In this document: positions 17,966 through 28,412 of the stretch, one piece after another | How the letters are laid out: each line of letters opens with the position of its first letter | Position numbering within the stretch: position 1 is the first letter of the stretch | Assembly: GCA_963793265.1 (NCBI GenBank) | Contig: CAWBZI010000001.1 | Coordinates: forward strand, 224,001 to 288,000 | Direction: 5' to 3' | Length of the DNA: 64,000 nucleotides | DNA from: an uncultured cyanobacterium | GTDB lineage: Bacteria > Cyanobacteriota > Cyanobacteriia > Phormidesmidales > Phormidesmidaceae | Notes under the pieces: generated by a model | Seen by the model: the letters and a program-made list of their open reading frames with translations, nothing else | Told to the model about the DNA's origin: nothing | The model's database searches: none | Position numbers and translations under genes: made by a program

Positions 17966-19411
17966 CTAAACGGCTACTTTCTTAGAAGATAAAAAGTTAA
18001 TTAGAAAGATATAGAACGCGAGCTGCCCACATCGAATAACCAGCCAGGAGCCGGTATTGTCGAAATTTCCCGACATAATGCTTTCAGTAATCATCAGCAT
18101 CACAAATCCCTGCAAGATGAAGGATACATCCAGGTCTTTTACCCGCTGAAAGCCACAGATAATTGCGGCCCAAAGTGACCCTAAGCCAAATGCAAATGCA
18201 GGCACATAGCCCCCTGCCATCAGTCGTAGCGCACCCCATATTCCGACAGCTCCTGCAAAAGACTTATCACTGTCAAAACCAATGTAAGCAATCCCAACCG
18301 CCTTGCCTGTGGTCATACTGGCCACGCCGCCATCAAAAGGAACAAGTTTGCTGATAATTCTTTGCACCGTATTAGACAAGCTAAACACATCCCGCAGCAA
18401 GTCTGGCTGATAGATATTAGTAACCAGCAGGCCATCAAATCCATTAAATCGAGTGGTGACCAAATCGACAAAATACACCACGTTGTCTAGCCGAAGGGCT
18501 TCAGCCGCGCCATTTGCAAAAGCCTGGATAACGTTAAATCCATAGGACTGACCTGCAAACAAAATGGTATAGCGAATCTGGTTGGCGACCGCAAAGGTTG
18601 TAAATAGTAAAAAAACAGCGATCGCTGAAGTGACAGCGGCTCTCTTAACAGATATTTTGAAGTTGCCGCGTTCGTACAAAAAGTAGATCACGGCTAAGAT
18701 TGCAATCTCAGCTAAAGCACCTTTGCTGCCGCCAATCAGGCCGAGTATAACAAAGCCGATTAAAACAGATATGTAGAACTTAACGTGATACCTATACTTG
18801 AAGATATAGAGTAAACAGGCCAGGTGAATAAAGATCTCGGGAATGACAAATGACCATATTCCAGAAGATGACGTAGTGGCTTTCTTGACACCAATCTTGA
18901 GAAAAACTGCAAATACGGTGCTCATCAATAGAGCGACTGTTGCGGCTGCTTGAACATACTTTTGCTTTTTCTCTAGCAGGCTTTTCGAGCGCCCGGCAGC
19001 TTTAGCAAGATGGCCGTTTGCCAGCAGCTCTCGACTACTCGGCGCTAGTATCATAGAAGTCAGGCAAAATCCTACCAACAAACAGCCGCTATAGAGTCCC
19101 GTTTGAACAAGAGATGCTTGAATAAGGTCATTGCTGATACTGCTGAAGCGGACGTACTTAAATAGCTCTAAATTAGGCAGCAGTATAAACGGTCGCAAAA
19201 GATGCGTCAGCCACAATACGAACGAGATAAATAGGCAGGTTTGCTTGAGCCGCAGCGAGATTGGGAAAACGTAGTAAGGCACGACCAGGCAGCTAGCAGC
19301 AAATGTATACCTTAGCCCTACCTCAGCATCGTAGAGCAGCATGAGAAACGAGCCAATGACGTTGAGAAGCAAAAAGTAGTCAGAAACTTTTAAAGACATA
19401 TCTAAGCCCAA
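17966..19411 (-). CDS. Polytopic membrane protein, probable Wzy polymerase
   Basis: About 11-12 hydrophobic segments, a GGSKG motif and a large periplasmic loop. Located between wzx and the modification genes. Confidence 0.6.
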   Translation of the reverse strand: MGLDMSLKVSDYFLLLNVIGSFLMLLYDAEVGLRYTFAASCLVVPYYVFPISLRLKQTCLFISFVLWLTHLLRPFILLPNLELFKYVRFSSISNDLIQASLVQTGLYSGCLLVGFCLTSMILAPSSRELLANGHLAKAAGRSKSLLEKKQKYVQAAATVALLMSTVFAVFLKIGVKKATTSSSGIWSFVIPEIFIHLACLLYIFKYRYHVKFYISVLIGFVILGLIGGSKGALAEIAILAVIYFLYERGNFKISVKRAAVTSAIAVFLLFTTFAVANQIRYTILFAGQSYGFNVIQAFANGAAEALRLDNVVYFVDLVTTRFNGFDGLLVTNIYQPDLLRDVFSLSNTVQRIISKLVPFDGGVASMTTGKAVGIAYIGFDSDKSFAGAVGIWGALRLMAGGYVPAFAFGLGSLWAAIICGFQRVKDLDVSFILQGFVMLMITESIMSGNFDNTGSWLVIRCGQLAFYIFLINFLSSKKVAV

Positions 19412-20436
19412 TTCCTTTGAACTTGCTTTCTTTTAAGAAAGGTTCTGTCAATAGCTTTACTGAGTTCTTTGCTGGGTAAATACAGCTTGGCGCGTAGCTT
19501 GCTTGTCAAACTCAACTTTGCGCCAACTATCTCATAGCCCAGCTCTTCCATTTGTTTTTTATTCAAATATTCTACTAAGGCAATATCACCGCTGGGCAAA
19601 TCAGTCTTCCAGCTTTCCAAGCTTTTAGTATTCACAGAGCCTGCCGCCGCCGAGAAATGAGACGCGGCCCATTCGGAAGAATACAGATCTGCATCAGGGA
19701 CAGCCTGGTTAGTAGGGGTAAGCATTGCAGGCTCAAACTGTTCTTTAAGAAAGCTACAGGCTTCTATCAAAGAAGATCTTGGTGACTTTGCTAAGGCTTC
19801 ATAGCGCATTGGGTAAACCCTAGTATCCGAGGCCCACCACTGCAGGTGCTTAACGCTATCTTGCCACCTGAGCGCATGGGCAACAACATCACTTCCTCCC
19901 CAGGGCACTCTTGCCATCGAAGCAGCGACGCTTCTAGGATCGCGAATCATATAGATAATTTGAGCGTTAGGATACCAGTTCAAAAGCTGTTCGATATAAG
20001 CGTAGTGTGCAGGTGTCTTTTCTCCCCAGCGAGGTTTGTTTCTCTTTTCAGCATATTGCTTCAGCAAGCCGGAGAATAAATTTCTGTATTTATTCCCATT
20101 TCTATCCAGATTCGCTTTGTTCGCTTCAGTAAAAACCGAATCATACAGTGAGCATGCATCCAAATCAAAGTAACCAAACCGCTGGCTGTTGGTAAACGTA
20201 TGCCAAAAGTTTTGAAAGCCTTCTTGTGATCTAATCACGTCGGGCGGAAAACGCTGCATCCAATAGTTTAAAAGGTGGCTTTCTGGGGCAATACAAATGT
20301 TTGAATGAGCAGAGAGCAACCGGCTGAGTAGGGTCGTTCCTGAGCGGGGCATACCAACGATAAAGATAGGCGCTGTGCTAGCGCTGCCATCTTTATTAAT
20401 TTCCAAATCCATCACACTAGCCATACAGAAGCCCAA
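19402..20436 (-). CDS. Sulfotransferase
   Basis: IFIVGMPRSGTTLL, WGEKTP, MIRDPRSVAAS, RYEAL. Confidence 0.92.
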   Translation of the reverse strand: MGFCMASVMDLEINKDGSASTAPIFIVGMPRSGTTLLSRLLSAHSNICIAPESHLLNYWMQRFPPDVIRSQEGFQNFWHTFTNSQRFGYFDLDACSLYDSVFTEANKANLDRNGNKYRNLFSGLLKQYAEKRNKPRWGEKTPAHYAYIEQLLNWYPNAQIIYMIRDPRSVAASMARVPWGGSDVVAHALRWQDSVKHLQWWASDTRVYPMRYEALAKSPRSSLIEACSFLKEQFEPAMLTPTNQAVPDADLYSSEWAASHFSAAAGSVNTKSLESWKTDLPSGDIALVEYLNKKQMEELGYEIVGAKLSLTSKLRAKLYLPSKELSKAIDRTFLKRKQVQRNWA

Positions 20437-20464
20437 AAAGTCTAAAAAACAGATTTCTCACGGG

Positions 20465-21907
20465 TCAGGCAGCTTTTTGCAGCACTAGCCTGGTGACCTT
20501 AGCCAGCGTACCGGGCGAAACTCTTGACACGCAGCCCACATAAATCACGACGCCCAAAGCCACACAGCTTACTACCATCGCCCAGTTAGAAAGCCAAGAA
20601 GCTTCTATTTGCTGCAGGCAGACCATGCCTAAAGTCGCTAGCATTCCGCTGAATACCACCGGCCAAACTTCCTTAACATAGGTCGCGTAGCTAATTTGAG
20701 TCAGTTTCCGAATTGCTAGAAGCGGCAGCGGAAACAGCAGGTAGCCCCGCACGACATAAGCCAGCGCAACGGCCCAAATTCCCCAGCGCACAGCAATAAA
20801 AAAGGCCGGAAAGTTAACTGCCGCATTGAGAAAGTTAAACCCCAGTCGCCAGGAAGGCTTGCCCATTGCAATCATCAGGTTTGCATTCAAACCGCCCATC
20901 GCGTGAATTGGGCCAATGAGTGCCAATACCTGCATCACAGGAATACTCGGAGCCCATTTGTCACCGAATAACAACGGTACAAGCTGAGGCGCAAGGGCAG
21001 CGGCAAATAAAAATGCTGGAATTGAGACTAGGCCCACCATTTTAGTGCTGCTATAGAGGGTTTTGCGCAGCAAAGGAAGGTTGTCTTGCAGCTTGGCAAA
21101 CGCTGAAAATGCCACCTGATTCACAGGCGCATTGATTAGCTGAGTCATTAGCAGCAGCAGTTGATAGGCGACGTTGTAATAACCTAATGCAGCGGTGCCT
21201 AAGTAATAACCCACAAGCAGATCGTCAGAACGGCGATTTACAACATTAAGAATGTTAATACCCATAATGCTGATGCCGAAAGCAAGCAGCTCCTTTAGAG
21301 AAGAGAAAGAAAACCTCAGTCGAGGCCGCCACTTACCCACTTGCCAAAGCACGACTACGGCGACTAATGCCCGCGTTAGTTCTTGTGCGACCAGGCTCCA
21401 AACTCCAAATCCTGCCAGCGCCATCACCATTGCCACAACGCCGCCGATAGAGAGTGCTAGCAACGAGCGAATCGCTAGCGACTTGAACTTTAGCTGCCGT
21501 TGAAGGATGGCCGTTTGTACGCTGTTGAGCGCAATTAGAACAAATACAGGCGAGAGACTTTTGAGCACTAAAGCCAGCTCGGGCGCTTTGAACTGAATAG
21601 CGATCGCATCAGCGCTCAAGAAAGTAACGGCACTGAGTATTAAGCTAATCGCCAGGCTGCTCCAAAAAGCCGTATCCAGGCTCTCAGGCTTTAGCTCTTT
21701 AGCCTGAACAATCGCCTGGGCAAACCCCTGTTCAACAAAAACGCGAATAAAGGCGACGACCACGTTAGCGAGCGCAACTAAGCCAAAAGCCTCAGCAGAC
21801 AAAAGGCGTGTCAGCAGCAGCAAAGAGGCAGAATGAAAAAACAAACCGCCCCATTTTTGTACCACAGACCAAAATAGTCCTCTGATAGCCAGAGACTTCA
21901 AACTCAT
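20465..21907 (-). CDS. wzx: Wzx flippase (MOP/polysaccharide transporter)
   Basis: LTRLLSAEAFGLVALA, GFGVWSLVAQ, LGYYNVAY, LFGDKW; WzxC-like. Confidence 0.9.
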   Translation of the reverse strand: MSLKSLAIRGLFWSVVQKWGGLFFHSASLLLLTRLLSAEAFGLVALANVVVAFIRVFVEQGFAQAIVQAKELKPESLDTAFWSSLAISLILSAVTFLSADAIAIQFKAPELALVLKSLSPVFVLIALNSVQTAILQRQLKFKSLAIRSLLALSIGGVVAMVMALAGFGVWSLVAQELTRALVAVVVLWQVGKWRPRLRFSFSSLKELLAFGISIMGINILNVVNRRSDDLLVGYYLGTAALGYYNVAYQLLLLMTQLINAPVNQVAFSAFAKLQDNLPLLRKTLYSSTKMVGLVSIPAFLFAAALAPQLVPLLFGDKWAPSIPVMQVLALIGPIHAMGGLNANLMIAMGKPSWRLGFNFLNAAVNFPAFFIAVRWGIWAVALAYVVRGYLLFPLPLLAIRKLTQISYATYVKEVWPVVFSGMLATLGMVCLQQIEASWLSNWAMVVSCVALGVVIYVGCVSRVSPGTLAKVTRLVLQKAA

Positions 21908-21961
21908 ACTCTACTCTCAATCTTCTCTAACATTTTTATCTTAAAAGCACCCAAGCCAGCC

Positions 21962-22747
21962 CTATACCCAGCGTTCTAAGATTTGGTCTATCTCAGCTTT
22001 AGAATAAAAATGTTGAAGATACTGAGACTGCTGCATCCTATCTAAATAACCTTTCGGAAATTGGATATGCCGCTTAAACTCGTCGTATGTTTTAGAATAT
22101 TCTTTACTAGCGCCCACATTGCGAGAAACAATATTGAATGCGCCGGGCTCCAGATTTAAGAATGCTTCAACCTGGCGTGTCTTTTGGGCGTCTTCTAAGT
22201 CACAGCGCATGACCAATAGCTCAAAGTCATCTTGCTGGTACGTGCAGGATTTTTCGCTGAGAGGAAAAGGTTTAGCATACACATCAATGCCAGTGTAGCG
22301 TTTGATGTACTGATCAAACCACGTCAGCGGCGAATTGTGGTGCTGGTATTTGTTAAAAAATAGATCGTTTAAGGCTTCTAAACTGAAGTCTGATGTGGCA
22401 TAGGCGCGCCCTGTATTTTTCTCGTAGTTTTGAAAGAATGAAGATACGTTTTTGCCGATAGGATCTCTGACTAGAGAAATAATTTTTAGCGGGATTTTAG
22501 GCGCTATTAGGTGTTTGTAGAGGACTTGCGATCGCGGATGCACCGGATCATTCATAAAGTGGCTTGTAAAAACCGCAACCCCTTTGACGCTATTGAGAGC
22601 CTTGGCAATAGAAGTGCTGCCAACCTTCCCCATCGACCAGATGAATACAGGTTGATTGCGCTGCACCTGTAGCTGCACCTTCGGTTCAAACAAAGCATTC
22701 CGAACTGCCTTATTAATATCAATCCCCACAACTCCAGACACTGCCAT
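21962..22747 (-). CDS. Putative capsular polysaccharide synthesis protein (NKWYS-like, sulfotransferase-like motifs)
   Basis: SMGKVGSTSI, ISLVRDPIGKNVSSFFQN, WFDQYIKRYTGIDVY, NVGASKEYSKTY. Confidence 0.75.
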   Translation of the reverse strand: MAVSGVVGIDINKAVRNALFEPKVQLQVQRNQPVFIWSMGKVGSTSIAKALNSVKGVAVFTSHFMNDPVHPRSQVLYKHLIAPKIPLKIISLVRDPIGKNVSSFFQNYEKNTGRAYATSDFSLEALNDLFFNKYQHHNSPLTWFDQYIKRYTGIDVYAKPFPLSEKSCTYQQDDFELLVMRCDLEDAQKTRQVEAFLNLEPGAFNIVSRNVGASKEYSKTYDEFKRHIQFPKGYLDRMQQSQYLQHFYSKAEIDQILERWV

Positions 22748-22793
22748 ACTTATCTAACCTATCAACAAAAACTAATGGATAGATACAAAATAA

Positions 22794-22829
22794 CCGTGAG
22801 ATTTCGCACATACAAGGGAAATCTCACGG
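22794..22829 (-). terminator. Hairpin downstream of LTD-RTX gene
   Basis: CCGTGAGATTTC / GAAATCTCACGG 12-bp stem, T-rich tail on the minus strand. Confidence 0.55.
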
Positions 22830-22910
22830 ATAGACACTAATCGAAAGTAGTGATAGGAGAGTGGCACGTCTAGCTAAAGCTGACTAGACGAGAATAGTCA
22901 AGCAGACCAC

Positions 22911-24197
22911 TTAGACAAAATTAACGCCGATGCCCGCCGACAAATCAATGCTGCCAGAAACATCATTTGCGAAAACAGCAATAATATCACTTGTGCTGTT
23001 CAGAACAATTCGCGAATTCCCTGTAGAACGAACAGTTTGCAATTGATAGTCACTAGCTGATCCAAATAGCTGAATCACATCACCCTCAGAGAAGTCAAAA
23101 TCTCTAATAATGGCTCTATCAGCACCCCCATTATCGTAGAGAACGTCGCCCGCCACGCCTAAGACAAAAGTGTCAGCACCGCTACCCCCGATCAAGAAGT
23201 CTCTCTCACCAACATTCGTACCGCCACCGTTCAAAAAGTCGTCGCCTGCTTGCCCCTGCAAACGGTCGTTTCCAGATTCTCCGGTTAAGCTATCGCGACC
23301 GCTGCCGCCTCGAATATCATCGTTACCGCTACCGCCATAAAGGTCATCCATACCTGCCTGGCCCCGTAGCTTATCACGACCGCTCTCGCCATAGAGCACA
23401 TCAACCCCTAGTCCGCCGAATATCAGGTCGTTGTTGGCTCCACCAAACAAAGTATCGTTACCGTCATTGCCAAACAGCTTATCATTGCCATTCGCGCCCG
23501 ATATTGTGTCATTGCCAGCGCCGCCTCTTAAAACATTGGGAGTGCTAGTCCCAATAATAGTGTCATTATTCTCTGTACCGCCCACGTTGGCATAGCCAGG
23601 TGTGGCCGTAGGCTGCCCTTGCGCCGCGCTAAGAATGTCAGTCTGGTTGATGACATTTGCGCTACTAGAAGGGTCGCGTACCAGCGAAACGCCGTCAGTC
23701 GTCGTTCCCCAATCCTCTACAGTGCCAACTAAAGCCGCGGTAGGAGAGAATCCTGCATAAGTGACAGGACTATCAGCCGCAGCGCCGTTGTAGGTGAGCT
23801 GAACGTATTCGTTTGCGTTAGGGTCAAGCAGAACGATGTTATCACCAGAATTGTTGAATACGCCTGAGTTTCCCAGTCCAGCATCAAAAACTAGCGTCGT
23901 ACTGTTAGCTTTTGGCAGTGTGCCACCGCTGGTTCCTGAAACAATATATGCGTATTTTCTAGATTCCAACAAAGAGCCGTTAGGAATCGTAAACCAGTTT
24001 CCAGCCGCGGCATCCCAAAGCTGCAGGCCACTAATATCGATAGTATCTTCAGAGGTATTGTATAGCTCTATAAACTCATCACCAGCTCTAGCGCTGCCGC
24101 TGCGATCGGTGTCAAAGTTGAAGGCAGCGCCACTAGGATCGCTGAGAACCTCATGAATAATAATTCCGCCGAGTAAAGTGCTGGCTGTATTAGGCAT
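22911..24197 (-). CDS. Lamin-tail-domain (LTD) + RTX Ca-binding protein, paralogue A
   Basis: IIIHEVLSDP...[23 protein letters not shown]...ATPG, followed by GGxGxD repeats. Confidence 0.85.
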   Translation of the reverse strand: MPNTASTLLGGIIIHEVLSDPSGAAFNFDTDRSGSARAGDEFIELYNTSEDTIDISGLQLWDAAAGNWFTIPNGSLLESRKYAYIVSGTSGGTLPKANSTTLVFDAGLGNSGVFNNSGDNIVLLDPNANEYVQLTYNGAAADSPVTYAGFSPTAALVGTVEDWGTTTDGVSLVRDPSSSANVINQTDILSAAQGQPTATPGYANVGGTENNDTIIGTSTPNVLRGGAGNDTISGANGNDKLFGNDGNDTLFGGANNDLIFGGLGVDVLYGESGRDKLRGQAGMDDLYGGSGNDDIRGGSGRDSLTGESGNDRLQGQAGDDFLNGGGTNVGERDFLIGGSGADTFVLGVAGDVLYDNGGADRAIIRDFDFSEGDVIQLFGSASDYQLQTVRSTGNSRIVLNSTSDIIAVFANDVSGSIDLSAGIGVNFV

Positions 24198-24418
24198 GTC
24201 AAAAAATCTCGTTAAAAAGCTGTAGCAATCGTAAAACTACGGAACACTACCGTAAAATTGCTTGTACTAAATACTACAAATGCTACTTAGAGATTAGTGA
24301 GAATACTGGCATCCTTTACCATGTCATCATATTGAACAGATCTTTGATAAAAGCATTTGAAGATAAGCAACAGACGGTTGCCGCTATTTTTCAAAGAAGA
24401 GTATTCGCATCTTTAAAG

Positions 24419-24458
24419 AAAAAGGTCGTTTGATTTGTATAAATCAAACGACCTTTTT
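24419..24458. terminator. Intrinsic terminator between the LTD-RTX paralogues
   Basis: AAAAAGGTCGTTTGATTT-gtat-AAATCAAACGACCTTTTT, a perfect 18-bp stem. Confidence 0.8.
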
Positions 24459-24526
24459 TTAATTTGATATCAACTAGCCGCTGCTATGCGATTAAACATC
24501 GCTAGATAATAGTAGCTGATTTATCA

Positions 24527-25777
24527 CTATACGAAGCTAAAGCCTGTGCCCGTTAATAGATCAACGTTTTGAGCGGTAATGTCGTTAGCAAACACAGCAA
24601 TTAGCTCCTCTTGCCCGCCTATGTTCGCAAGCAAGCGAGAGCGGCTTCCGGCGCTGTACGTTTCAATAAAATAGTCAGAGGCAGAGCCTGCTAGCTCAAT
24701 TATATCTCCCTCACCGAGATTAAAGTCTTTGATAATAGCCCTGTCACCAGCCCCTCGACTTCCTTGTCCACCCGCATAGAGAATAGTGCCGTTTCGTCGT
24801 CCTAACACAAAAGTATCAGCACCCGCACGTCCAATCAAAGTATCTATCTCGCCTGCCGTAGCACCCCCGCCATTAAGACGATCGTCACCGTCACCACCAG
24901 TTAGCTCATCATGACCAACACCACCACTCAAATTGTCGTTGCCAGTGCCGCCATTCAATATGTCGTCGCCGCTATTGCCGTACAGACGGTCGTTGCCAAG
25001 GCCACCAAATAGCTTGTCGTTGCCCTCATCGCCATTCAAGGTATCTCTACCGCTATTGCCGCGCAAAATGTCATTGCCAGCCCCACCAGAAATGGTGTCA
25101 TCACCGCCGCCGCCAGTAATAGTGTCTCTGAGGCTGCTGCCAACAATAACATCATCAAACTCAGTGCCGCCGCCATTAGACATACCAGGCGTGGCAAGTC
25201 TATCGGACAAAATTTGATCCTGTCTGAGTACCTGAGTACTCGAAAACAGATCGCGAACAAGGGAAGTGCCATCATTATCCTGGCCCCAATTTTCTACGTC
25301 GCCGTTACGGCTTGCCGTACGAGAAAATCCTCGATAGTCAGTGATAGGGTTGTCAATCGCGTCATCATTGTAAGTAAACTGAATGAATTCATCTGTGACT
25401 CGATCGTACAGAACTACATTGTCGCCGCTGTTGTTGAATACAACCGATCTTCGGCCTGCATCAAACGCTAAGCTATTGCTGTTGGGCAAGCTAAGCGTAC
25501 CACCGCTGGTGCCCACAGCGACATAAGCATAGCCGCCCCCTTCTAGCACTGCATTTGCATCAAAAGTAAACCAATTGCCAGCTTTAGCATCCCAAAGCTC
25601 CAAACCGCCTATACTAAGAGTCTCGTTAGAATTATTGTAGAGTTCTATAAATTCATCTGTATTTTCAGCAGCACCGCTGTTGTCTGTATCAAAGTTTTGT
25701 CCGAATGCACTGTTAGGATCAATCAAGATCTCGTTGAGAATAATGCCACCACGTATAATACTGTTAGTTTCAGGCAT
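24527..25777 (-). CDS. Lamin-tail-domain (LTD) + RTX Ca-binding protein, paralogue B
   Basis: [10 protein letters not shown]...[23 protein letters not shown]...ATPG plus RTX repeats; colinear with 22911-24197. Confidence 0.85.
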   Translation of the reverse strand: MPETNSIIRGGIILNEILIDPNSAFGQNFDTDNSGAAENTDEFIELYNNSNETLSIGGLELWDAKAGNWFTFDANAVLEGGGYAYVAVGTSGGTLSLPNSNSLAFDAGRRSVVFNNSGDNVVLYDRVTDEFIQFTYNDDAIDNPITDYRGFSRTASRNGDVENWGQDNDGTSLVRDLFSSTQVLRQDQILSDRLATPGMSNGGGTEFDDVIVGSSLRDTITGGGGDDTISGGAGNDILRGNSGRDTLNGDEGNDKLFGGLGNDRLYGNSGDDILNGGTGNDNLSGGVGHDELTGGDGDDRLNGGGATAGEIDTLIGRAGADTFVLGRRNGTILYAGGQGSRGAGDRAIIKDFNLGEGDIIELAGSASDYFIETYSAGSRSRLLANIGGQEELIAVFANDITAQNVDLLTGTGFSFV

Positions 25778-25927
25778 AACAAATTTCCTATTGAAAACGA
25801 ATCTACTACAGAGTTAAGATGCCCAGGGACGTATTAGAACAAGCAAACTTGTATTGATTGATTTGGCTGTTCTGTCCGTATAAACAAGGTTCCCAAAGGC
25901 ATCTAAAAACAAGCAAAGGGACAATCT

Positions 25928-25966
25928 AAAAAGGCGTGATCTAACTATGTAGACCGCGCCTTTTTA
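25928..25966 (-). terminator. Intrinsic terminator after the GT4 gene
   Basis: AAAAAGGCGTGATCTA...TAGACCGCGCCTTTTT. Confidence 0.65.
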
Positions 25967-25989
25967 CTTATTCTATTTTATGTTTTACC

Positions 25990-27330
25990 TTATGAATTTG
26001 AAGTAGCGCTTTGAGCGAATGAGCCGGATAGTGAAGTCGCTGCTGACTCAACAACTTCTAAATACTGCTCCGCAATAATTTCAGGTGTGAAGTGAGTTTC
26101 TAAGTATTGACGACCAGATTTTCCGAGGCGGCTGGCTTTCTCTTTATCTTGAGATAGCTCAAGAATATAGTCAGCTAGCTGCTGGGCTTCACCGTTGTTA
26201 AAGGCGGTGCCGCAGTTAGCCGTTTCTAGTAAAGAGCCTAAATAAGACAAAGAGGAACAAATTGCCGCGATCGGTCGGCCGGTTGCCATTGCTGGATATA
26301 GCTTGCTGGGAGCCACTAAACTTTCCATGCCAGGTGCTACGCTCACTAAGGAAAGATCGCTGGCGGTCAGTGAATAGGGTAAAACAGATTTTTCTTGATA
26401 GGCTAGAAAACGAAAGTTTTCTAGCCTACTGTCTTCTACCTGTGCCATCAGATTTGTGCGCTTAGCACCGCCACCAATACAAACGAACGTAATAGGCTCG
26501 TCTTTTAGTAATTTTGCCGTTTCAAACAGTGTATCAATGTCATGGCATCGCCCCATGTTACCGGAGTAGAGCACCACAAAATTATCTGTGAGGCCGTGCT
26601 CTTTGGCAAACCAGTTATCTTCTTTGGCGATCGGTACAATCTGCTTATCGTTCGACCAGCTATGAATGACGGATATTTTGGCTTCAATATCTGGGCAGTG
26701 TTCTACAATTCGCTGCTTCATCGAAGAACTCAGCACAATTACACTAGCCGACCTGCGCCAAACCTGACGGTTTAGTGCCCGCCATATCTTTGCAACAGGG
26801 TTGTTGACAGATACCACTTCTAGCTCTACAGCAATATCAGGATACAAGTCATACAGCAAGCAAACGTAAGGTAGGCCGAACAGTACGTTTGCAAGATAGC
26901 CAATCACAGGTAAAAAAGGCGGCGCGGTCGTGACTAAAAGCGCCTGATACTGACTGGAGCGCCGAAATAGGTGCAACATAGCGCGAATAGCAAACATTAG
27001 CCCGTTGATAGCTTTGCCGCGGATTCGGCTGGGAAAAAGCTGGCTCATGCGCGATCGCTTGATCCACACGCTCTCTTTTTGCTCTACTTTAGGCGCTTCG
27101 CCCTTAGCAAAGGCGTACCCCGGCTGTCCGGTAAATACGCTGACATCAACGTCTTGCTTGCCAAGCTGATTGACCAGCTCTTCTATAAGCTGACCGGTGG
27201 CCGCAAAATCGGGTGGAAAGAACTGCGTCATGATCAGTAGCTGCAAAGCGCTAGAACCTGAAGCCATCGGATTTTTGATGGTTTCTTCCGATACCCAAAC
27301 GTTTCGAACTAAAGGTTTTTCGAGTACCAT
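25990..27330 (-). CDS. GT4 glycosyltransferase (WcaI/WbuB-like)
   Basis: TQFFPPDFAATGQL, YSGNMGRCHD, PSKLYPAMATGRP. Alternative start at 27267. Confidence 0.9.
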   Translation of the reverse strand: MVLEKPLVRNVWVSEETIKNPMASGSSALQLLIMTQFFPPDFAATGQLIEELVNQLGKQDVDVSVFTGQPGYAFAKGEAPKVEQKESVWIKRSRMSQLFPSRIRGKAINGLMFAIRAMLHLFRRSSQYQALLVTTAPPFLPVIGYLANVLFGLPYVCLLYDLYPDIAVELEVVSVNNPVAKIWRALNRQVWRRSASVIVLSSSMKQRIVEHCPDIEAKISVIHSWSNDKQIVPIAKEDNWFAKEHGLTDNFVVLYSGNMGRCHDIDTLFETAKLLKDEPITFVCIGGGAKRTNLMAQVEDSRLENFRFLAYQEKSVLPYSLTASDLSLVSVAPGMESLVAPSKLYPAMATGRPIAAICSSLSYLGSLLETANCGTAFNNGEAQQLADYILELSQDKEKASRLGKSGRQYLETHFTPEIIAEQYLEVVESAATSLSGSFAQSATSNS

Positions 27331-28412
27331 ATCTTCTTTCTCATAACAATATTACGGCCTTCAGAAGGCACAATTAAAACTTGTCGTAGATGCCAGGCGC
27401 AAAAGCCTAACAGCGCAACCAACTCCAGGAGAAGTGTCAGACTACTGACTATTCCCACCATTGCTAACGCTAAACTACCCGTCGCCAGTGTTAATACATA
27501 AACAATCCACACAACAGCCTTATGGGAGAGATCTAAACTCAGTAGTCGGTGATGAAGGTGACGGTTATCGGCGCTAAAAGGAGAGTTTTTACGGTAGAGC
27601 CTGGCTAGAATAACACCGGTCATATCGCCAACAGGAATCGCTAGGATAACAAGCGGTAGCAGCGTCGAAAACGGATTATCGATATGTTGCGGGCCGACAA
27701 TGCATAGGCTAGCTAGGGTAAATCCAATAAAGTAAGATCCGCCATCTCCCATAAAAATTTCGGCTGGGTTGTAGTTGTAGTACAAAAAGCCAAGTAGGCT
27801 ACCTAGCAGCGCCGAGCCGATAAGAGCAGTGACCGGCTGCGCCATAGCGATCGCCATGACCACTAGCACCATCGTGACAATACTCGATACGCCAGCAGCT
27901 AGCCCATCTAGGCCATCTATCCAGTTAATCGCATTTACCACGCCCGCTAGCCATATTACGGTGATTGGCAGACTCAATAGACCTAGCGAAATCGGCGTCT
28001 CTATTCCCGGCAGTATTATCGTATCGACGCGAATGCCAAACCACCAGAGTGCAGTTGCGATCGCAGCTTGCATCCATAAGCGATGGAAAGGAGACAGATC
28101 GAAAAGATCGTCTGTGAAACCTACTAGGAAAAAGCCACTGCCACCTAGCAATAGAAGTAAAACGGTTGAGAGTGAATCTGGCGTTAGATATCTACCCGAG
28201 TCGAATAGGCAGACGCAGAGGAGAGAGAGTAGAGTGGAGCCAAAGATAGCTACGCCACCTAGCCGTACCATCGGCTGTTGATGTACCTTTCGATCTGAAG
28301 GTGCGTCTATCTTCTTAAATTTGAGCGCGATTGATTTGATAAAGGGTGTTGAGGTAAGAACAACTCCTGTAGAAATTACACAGACGATTAAGTAGATCCA
28401 ATAGATGGTCAT
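27309..28412 (-). CDS. WecA/MraY-family undecaprenyl-phosphate sugar-1-phosphate transferase (priming enzyme)
   Basis: RKVHQQPMVRLGG, GFTDD, NAINWIDGLDGLA, IFMGDGGS, ADNRHLHHRL. Confidence 0.92.
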   Translation of the reverse strand: MTIYWIYLIVCVISTGVVLTSTPFIKSIALKFKKIDAPSDRKVHQQPMVRLGGVAIFGSTLLSLLCVCLFDSGRYLTPDSLSTVLLLLLGGSGFFLVGFTDDLFDLSPFHRLWMQAAIATALWWFGIRVDTIILPGIETPISLGLLSLPITVIWLAGVVNAINWIDGLDGLAAGVSSIVTMVLVVMAIAMAQPVTALIGSALLGSLLGFLYYNYNPAEIFMGDGGSYFIGFTLASLCIVGPQHIDNPFSTLLPLVILAIPVGDMTGVILARLYRKNSPFSADNRHLHHRLLSLDLSHKAVVWIVYVLTLATGSLALAMVGIVSSLTLLLELVALLGFCAWHLRQVLIVPSEGRNIVMRKKIWYSKNL

